DNA of 64,000 nucleotides from Sedimentisphaerales bacterium. GTDB lineage: Bacteria; Planctomycetota; Phycisphaerae; Sedimentisphaerales; SM23-30. Location of the stretch: NCBI GenBank assembly GCA_963666285.1, contig OY762711.1; one strand, written 5' to 3'. The translations under genes and the position numbers were made by a program. Positions 58,021 through 64,000 of the stretch are shown in pieces (within the stretch, counting starts at the first letter, position 1; every line of letters begins with the position of its first letter). The notes below the pieces were generated by a model, which searched no databases, had not been told where the DNA came from, and saw only the letters and a list, made by a program, of their open reading frames with translations.

Positions 58021-60534
58021 TTACTTCTTTGGCACTAATCTTATAATAGATAATGAATGAGCCGGTATATCATAGTCAATCTTATTTGAAACCTGCACCT
58101 TAGATGTTGCAGGCAGAATTTCAGGCTTTTTACCAAAACGATTAACCGCTTCAGGCTGACCGGTTAAAACGGTACAAACAGCCGAACTTTCAAACGATAC
58201 CAATTTTGACAAATCAATAGATGCACTTAAATCCTTATTAGATTTGCTTATAATTTTTAGAATTACATCTCCTGTTTCTTTGTCGCTAACAGTAGAAACA
58301 GCAATCTCAGGTAACTGTTCAAAACCACGAGCATCAACTGCCTCAATAATAAGTTCTTTGTCTAGATAGCATTGTATATGCTTACCTTTCACTTGTATCT
58401 TGATATCATACCAACGGTTTGATTCAATCTTGCCTGGGACAAACTGGCTTAAATTGCTTTGAGATGTCTCAACATATTTTTCCAGCCGATGTGAAGTATT
58501 ATTCCAGCCGCCAAGGTTTAACCAGTAATAATTATCTGAAACAATTACTCCAAAACAAATTATGAAACCTTCATTTCCACCGGTTTTCATCGCCCTGAGA
58601 GAAACGGTATAATCTGATTTTGCTTCAGCAGCAGAAAGAAGTGCCAAAGCCGGAGCAGCTCCTGAAGTCTGACAAAAGACTCCATCTTTGACCTGCCACT
58701 GCCCGCCCTGTATTTTCCAATCATCACTCTGCTTGCTAAAAGTATCAGATAATATATTTTTAGTTTTACTGATAACTTTAACATCATCATACTGTACCTG
58801 GGTATTCCATGCCCCCAGCATTACACCCGATCCTATTATTGAAGATTTTGATGTATCTATTTTTACTTCAGTCGGCAGATATGTATCACCGCTGTTTAAG
58901 CTGAATAATTGCTGAGCATAGTAATTGATCGAAGGTGTGACTACATGGTTGTCAAAATAGATCATATCAGGACGCCACTGAGTATGCCCCTGCTTTGCCA
59001 AAAGAGGAGCATATGAAGATAAATACACAAGGTCGCCATTTCGTTCCAGAGTCGTCATATAAGCAGCTTCTGCCAATGCCGATCTGAGAGTATTTTCACG
59101 ATTGTTATCATGTGCGGCATATTCGCCCAAATATACTTTTGTACCTGTTCGCTGATACATATCAAATCTTTGCAAATTGCTCCAGAACCATGAAGGTGAC
59201 TTATATCCATGCTCATCAACCATTGGAAGATTTTCCTTACGTGCAAATTTCCATCCATCCTCATAATCCACACCATCTGTCGCAGGACCCGTTGTGCCTA
59301 TTACTATTATCTCTGGATATTTAACTTTGATAGCATCATTTATCATTTTATAACGAACCTTGAACTCTGGTGATATAACATCCTCATTACCCAGTCCAAG
59401 GTATTTCAGGTTAAACGACTCCGGATGGCCGGCCTCAGCACGCTTTGCCCCCCATTTTGAGCTGGCAGGGCCATTGGCCCATTCAATCAAATCCAAAACT
59501 TCCTGAACATATTCATCCATCTGATCCATCGGGATTGCCTGCTGACCCGTCCCCCAGTAGCGACCGCTGTTTTGACATGAAACCCCGGCAGCAACTACCG
59601 GCAAAGGCTTAGCTCCTATATCCTCACAATATTGGAAATACTCATAATAACCCAAACCAACAGTCTGATGATATCTCCAAATATTATTTTGCTCTTTACG
59701 CTCATGAACCGGACCTATTGTATCTTTCCATCGATACATATTCGGAAGGCCATCACCATGGACAAGGCATCCCCCCGGAAAACGAATAAATTTAGGCTCC
59801 AGTTCTGCAATTACCTGGGCCAAATCAGATCGCAGGCCATTTTTACGTTTTTTGAATGTCTTTTCCGGGAAAAGTGAAATCATATCAAGATAAACATAAC
59901 CGCTTCCCTTGGCAAGCAAAGCAAGTTGAGCATTAGCTGCATCTGCATTTGACTTGATTTGAACTGAATACTGCTTCCATTCACTTGTTAAACCAGAAAT
60001 GTCACCCTTTGCATACAATTCACCATCTTTTGATTCAAGTCTGACCTCCAGACTCAAATTGTGACCTGGCTGCTGACGGGCAAAGACACTAAAATCATAG
60101 TTATCTCCCTTTTTTAGAACTATACCGTCAAAACCAGAGTTTACCAAGACAACAGCCTGACCATCCCTACCGGCATTACAATTCATTTCTACATAATACG
60201 GATTATTAGGATGCAATGAATTTGCATTACTTATTACGTAAGATCCCCTCGCTCCACCTCGTAATTCGAATACCCAGCCGGTAAATGCATCCCAACCTGT
60301 ATGATCAAGTGGTGTATACTGGAACGAACGGTTCTGAACCATTTCCGCATATAATCCACCATCGGCAGCATAATTGATGTCTTCGAAAAATATGCCGAAA
60401 AGATCAGGACAAATTGCTACCTCCTCGTTTCCAACCTTAATCTCAACAGTTTCTGCAAGACTAAAAGAACATACCGATAAAGCCAAAAACATAATTACAA
60501 TCTTATTTACTTTGTTAATAATCAAACTAAACAT
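58021..60534 (-). CDS. GH51 alpha-L-arabinofuranosidase with inserted lectin-like (DUF1080-like) domain
   Basis: GIFFEDINYAADGGLYAE, FIRFPGGC, LGLGNED, VDEHGY, VYLGEYA, YAPLLA; signal peptide and GGAG RBS. Confidence 0.92.
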   Translation of the reverse strand: MFSLIINKVNKIVIMFLALSVCSFSLAETVEIKVGNEEVAICPDLFGIFFEDINYAADGGLYAEMVQNRSFQYTPLDHTGWDAFTGWVFELRGGARGSYVISNANSLHPNNPYYVEMNCNAGRDGQAVVLVNSGFDGIVLKKGDNYDFSVFARQQPGHNLSLEVRLESKDGELYAKGDISGLTSEWKQYSVQIKSNADAANAQLALLAKGSGYVYLDMISLFPEKTFKKRKNGLRSDLAQVIAELEPKFIRFPGGCLVHGDGLPNMYRWKDTIGPVHERKEQNNIWRYHQTVGLGYYEYFQYCEDIGAKPLPVVAAGVSCQNSGRYWGTGQQAIPMDQMDEYVQEVLDLIEWANGPASSKWGAKRAEAGHPESFNLKYLGLGNEDVISPEFKVRYKMINDAIKVKYPEIIVIGTTGPATDGVDYEDGWKFARKENLPMVDEHGYKSPSWFWSNLQRFDMYQRTGTKVYLGEYAAHDNNRENTLRSALAEAAYMTTLERNGDLVYLSSYAPLLAKQGHTQWRPDMIYFDNHVVTPSINYYAQQLFSLNSGDTYLPTEVKIDTSKSSIIGSGVMLGAWNTQVQYDDVKVISKTKNILSDTFSKQSDDWKIQGGQWQVKDGVFCQTSGAAPALALLSAAEAKSDYTVSLRAMKTGGNEGFIICFGVIVSDNYYWLNLGGWNNTSHRLEKYVETSQSNLSQFVPGKIESNRWYDIKIQVKGKHIQCYLDKELIIEAVDARGFEQLPEIAVSTVSDKETGDVILKIISKSNKDLSASIDLSKLVSFESSAVCTVLTGQPEAVNRFGKKPEILPATSKVQVSNKIDYDIPAHSLSIIRLVPKK

Positions 60535-60602
60535 TAAACTCCAGCCTCATAAAATAATAAATTAACCTGTTACAACATAGACTAGATATGAATATAAACA
60601 TA

Positions 60603-60626
60603 GAGGTGACAAAAAAACGTCACCTC
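60603..60626. terminator. Hairpin between the two GH51 genes
   Basis: GAGGTGAC-AAAAAAAC-GTCACCTC, perfect 8-bp stem. Confidence 0.5.
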
Positions 60627-60727
60627 AGCTTACCACTTCATATATTATTCACTTATGATAATAGAATAAACTAAATCCATAGCTATAAACATGTCAAAGT
60701 CCGCATTTTTATCACCTCATTGCGCAC

Positions 60728-63700
60728 TTAATTAAGTAAATTATCCAGAATATCACTTGTTACCCTGAATACCGTACCATGCCTGGTACCACTTGGAAAT
60801 GATACCTGGCTCGAAATATTTGTCCAAATAACCATATCATCAGAAGCTAAAGCTCCCATATATCCGTTAGAATAAGCATCGAAATAAATAATCCATTCCT
60901 TTCCTACTTTTATCATAGATGGGCCTTCCACCCACAGTCCTGACGGCGATATAGAAGCTGATGCCGATCCATACGGACCGGCGGCATTATCACTAAATGC
61001 AAGATGGAAATTCTTGGCTGCAACTGGTGCCTTTGTTTCATCTTTTACGACCATTACATATCTATCATCATCTTTTGTTATAAATGCATCAATAACATTA
61101 AAACCAGGATCATAAAATAATGCCGTATCTGTGTAAGTCGCAAAGTCATCTGTTGAAACATAATATATTCTATGATTGTTGTCATCGTCAGGGTTATATG
61201 TTTCCTGAAACTCTCCATCAATTGTTGTCGCCCAAAAAATCAGATACTTATTGGTAACTTCATCATAAAATATTTCCGGAGCCCAGCAGTTTAATGCATT
61301 TGACTCATGAGCCATTACAGGCAAATATGTTTGCTCGGACCAATTGACCATATCTGCAGAATGAGCAATTCCAATACCATCATCCCACCATCCGGTAGTC
61401 CATACCATATGGAACATACCGTCCGGTCCCTGGCAGATACTTGGGTCTCGCATTAAATTTCCGCCAACAGAGGGAGTTATATATGGCACATCGTTATTCA
61501 ACGCCGTAAAAGTCATACCATCTTCACTATATGCCAAGTGCAAACCATCTCCATTTCCCTGAAAATAACTATAAAGAAATTTTGTCTTATGAAGCTCTGT
61601 TGTACTAATTGTTACTATACCGGCAGAATATCCAGGCATATTAAATCTAATCGTCTGACTATCCTGCCCGACTAACTTAGATTGAACTCTTACAGCATCA
61701 GTTTCTTCAAGGGTATTTCTAGCGTATAGATCACCAGGAGAAACATAATCCATATAAGCAGATTCAACCACAAAAGTATTGTCAACCTCAAGTTCAACAG
61801 ATCTGGCCGTTTCATCCGGATTTACTAATCGAACATATAGAGTCTTATGATCTTCTGATAAAACGGAATTTACATTTAAATAATCATCGTCGGCTTCAGT
61901 TTCTACCAGGTATGGGCCAAAATGGTCCCACCACAATTTCATAATAATATAATTTGGTGCCGCAAACCATCCGGTATGGTCAAAGTTTATAAAAGCATTG
62001 TCCCAACCGGTTGCAGAAGTATGCCTGAGGAATAATGCCGGGCCGCCAATTTTGAATTCGCCTCCATGACGTTCAAATACATTTAAGATACCACCGGCAT
62101 ACAGACCGGTACGCCAGTCAGTAGTTTGCAGGTTCCATTCCGAATTATATATCTTAACTTCGGGGTTCGACGAACTCGCAATATAGCTCTCCAGGGTAGT
62201 TAAGAAACTATCATATGCAATTGGACCTGACTTATGTTCTCCTGCATCATCATAGTTATGTACGCTGATAAAATCTATTACATCGGCACAGCTATCAATA
62301 ATATCTTCATTCCATGCCATATCCAAACCATTTCCACCACACACTATAATCACAATTGGCGTGCCAAGCTCTTCAGCTTTAGCCCTCATCGCAGGTGCAA
62401 ATTCCAGAACTTTTTCGGCATAAGAAGCTGAACCGGCAATCCAGGTCTCATTATCTATTTCCCAATATGTAACATTATACGGCTCAGGATGACCATTTTC
62501 AGCCCGCAAAGCGCCCCAGGTAGTCGTAACATCACCATTACAATACTCCATCCAGTCTAAAGCATCCTGAAGATACTGTTCATCTGAAAGCTTATATGGA
62601 ATCGACACTCCACATGTTGCATCCAGAACTCCGCTGTTTACAACAAGAAGAGGTTCGGAATCTATTATTTCACACATTCGCAAAAACTCATCAGGACCAT
62701 ATGAGTTGGTATCCTGATCATCCCACAGGCTAATCGGATATTTACGATGTTCATATTGGGGACCAATACATTCTTTCCAGAAGTATGCTGAGGCATAACA
62801 GCCACCAGGCCAACGGATTATCGGAGGGCGAAGCTCTGACACTGCTTCCAGAAGATCCGGGCGATAGCCGCCAGTATCAATAGAATCCTGCGACATCATA
62901 CTGACTTGATCAATATAAACGTCACCTGCACCTTGAAGTTGAATTCTTAAAGAACCATTGTCGGATTCACCGTTTGATATTATCGAAAATTCATATTCTG
63001 CCCAACTCGAAGTTGGAACCAGAACTGCAGACTGACCGAGAATAGTCTCACCGTCCAGCAATAATACAACTATACCTGACGGCAGACTGCCTTTCATCCA
63101 AAGTGAACCATGATAGGCTTGCTGACTAAACTTGAAATTACCCTGTTGTAAACCGGAAACGCCGTCACCAGATATTCCAACACTAAACTCATCATTCAAC
63201 GCATCGGTACTCATTGATACATCAGCAGATCCATATTTTGTCCAGAAATCAGCACCAAAAGGTAGATTATCCAGGTCTGGAAGACCGCTATATAACACAG
63301 CCGGCTGCGCTGAAAGATCCGTTACTTCAATATTTCTAAAGCGGGCCTGAGTATTCCAGGTACCCACACCCACATTACCGCTTAAATATGGGCTGGAATC
63401 ATCAGTTACAGCAAATATAAGAGTATCATCTAACCATACTTGAATTATTTGATTTTCACAGCGAATTCTAATGTCATACCATTGATCGGTAATAATACTG
63501 CCTGAAATAGAATCAAGTACAGAACGTCCACCGTTCACTTCCTTTTCGATCGCATGTTGAGTATTGCCCCAGCCACCAATATTAAGCCAGTACAAATTAC
63601 TGCTGTCAGGTGCACGGAACACTACCAGGAAGCCTTCATCACCACTATTTTTCTGGGCCTGCAGTGATAATTCATAATTAGTCCAGTTTATATCACCAAA

Positions 63701-64000
63701 CTCGATATGAACATCTGTTGCAAGGCTCGTCTGAACCAGCTCTTCTCCATCACTACCAGTTTCTATTGCCCAACTGCTTATACTGCTTTGACTACCCATC
63801 TCAAAACTGCGATTCCATATCATATCGCCCCAGAGACCGCCATTTACAGAATGATAGATGTGTTCCAGGAAATGGCCATAAACTTTTTCATCAATTTCAT
63901 TTAATATATTGGCAGTATTTATAAAATAACTGCTTTCATTTTCCTTGATAACCCCTCCGCTGATTGCTTCATTGTAGGTATATGTATCCTCTAGCCAATA
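60728..64000 (-). CDS. GH51 + C-terminal GH43 bifunctional arabinofuranosidase-like protein (N-terminus outside window)
   Basis: Frame stays open beyond track start 63823 to the edge (YWLEDT...VYGHFLEHIYHSVNGGLWGDM). IRWPGGC, WEIDNE, YNSEWN (GH51); MRDPS, CWAPE, VIDA, VEGP, RHG (GH43). Confidence 0.9.
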   Translation of the reverse strand, partial: YWLEDTYTYNEAISGGVIKENESSYFINTANILNEIDEKVYGHFLEHIYHSVNGGLWGDMIWNRSFEMGSQSSISSWAIETGSDGEELVQTSLATDVHIEFGDINWTNYELSLQAQKNSGDEGFLVVFRAPDSSNLYWLNIGGWGNTQHAIEKEVNGGRSVLDSISGSIITDQWYDIRIRCENQIIQVWLDDTLIFAVTDDSSPYLSGNVGVGTWNTQARFRNIEVTDLSAQPAVLYSGLPDLDNLPFGADFWTKYGSADVSMSTDALNDEFSVGISGDGVSGLQQGNFKFSQQAYHGSLWMKGSLPSGIVVLLLDGETILGQSAVLVPTSSWAEYEFSIISNGESDNGSLRIQLQGAGDVYIDQVSMMSQDSIDTGGYRPDLLEAVSELRPPIIRWPGGCYASAYFWKECIGPQYEHRKYPISLWDDQDTNSYGPDEFLRMCEIIDSEPLLVVNSGVLDATCGVSIPYKLSDEQYLQDALDWMEYCNGDVTTTWGALRAENGHPEPYNVTYWEIDNETWIAGSASYAEKVLEFAPAMRAKAEELGTPIVIIVCGGNGLDMAWNEDIIDSCADVIDFISVHNYDDAGEHKSGPIAYDSFLTTLESYIASSSNPEVKIYNSEWNLQTTDWRTGLYAGGILNVFERHGGEFKIGGPALFLRHTSATGWDNAFINFDHTGWFAAPNYIIMKLWWDHFGPYLVETEADDDYLNVNSVLSEDHKTLYVRLVNPDETARSVELEVDNTFVVESAYMDYVSPGDLYARNTLEETDAVRVQSKLVGQDSQTIRFNMPGYSAGIVTISTTELHKTKFLYSYFQGNGDGLHLAYSEDGMTFTALNNDVPYITPSVGGNLMRDPSICQGPDGMFHMVWTTGWWDDGIGIAHSADMVNWSEQTYLPVMAHESNALNCWAPEIFYDEVTNKYLIFWATTIDGEFQETYNPDDDNNHRIYYVSTDDFATYTDTALFYDPGFNVIDAFITKDDDRYVMVVKDETKAPVAAKNFHLAFSDNAAGPYGSASASISPSGLWVEGPSMIKVGKEWIIYFDAYSNGYMGALASDDMVIWTNISSQVSFPSGTRHGTVFRVTSDILDNLLN

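Overview
AT-rich bacterial DNA, most consistent with a planctomycete of the class Phycisphaerae (Sedimentisphaerales-like). This is inferred from the LEPR-XLL/planctomycete-type N-terminus, many LamG and dockerin-like 'D..GD..V...D...W L' tails, an ECF-sigma/FecR pair, a sulfatase and a PEP-CTERM protein. (1) 1-25796 is one uninterrupted minus-strand ORF missing from the ORF track because it runs off the left edge. It encodes at least 8,598 aa: an LEPR-XLL leader, about 2,800 aa of RTX Ca-binding repeats, about 3,500 aa of LktA-like beta-helical repeats with inserted modules, then further RTX-like sequence. (2) 26.4-38.5 kb is a minus-strand glycan-processing cluster: two LamG/dockerin-like proteins (one apparently frameshifted in its signal peptide), a sulfatase, FecR plus ECF sigma, an alginate-lyase-family protein and a pectin-lyase-fold protein. 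(3) 39.4-49.4 kb holds a fused double DUF3857/transglutaminase, a frameshifted marC, a PNPOx-like protein, a DIP1984-family gene, a PEP-CTERM propeller, and a zinc-ribbon/lemA/htpX-like set with a 161-bp MITE. The DIP1984 gene is bracketed by a 5' double hairpin and a ~206-nt highly structured 3' RNA, the best candidate here for an undescribed RNA-protein system. (4) 49.5-64 kb is an arabinan/glucan hydrolase cluster (GH128-like multidomain, GH43-GH43-GH127/146 fusion, two GH51s). All family calls come from motif recognition by eye; no searches were run.
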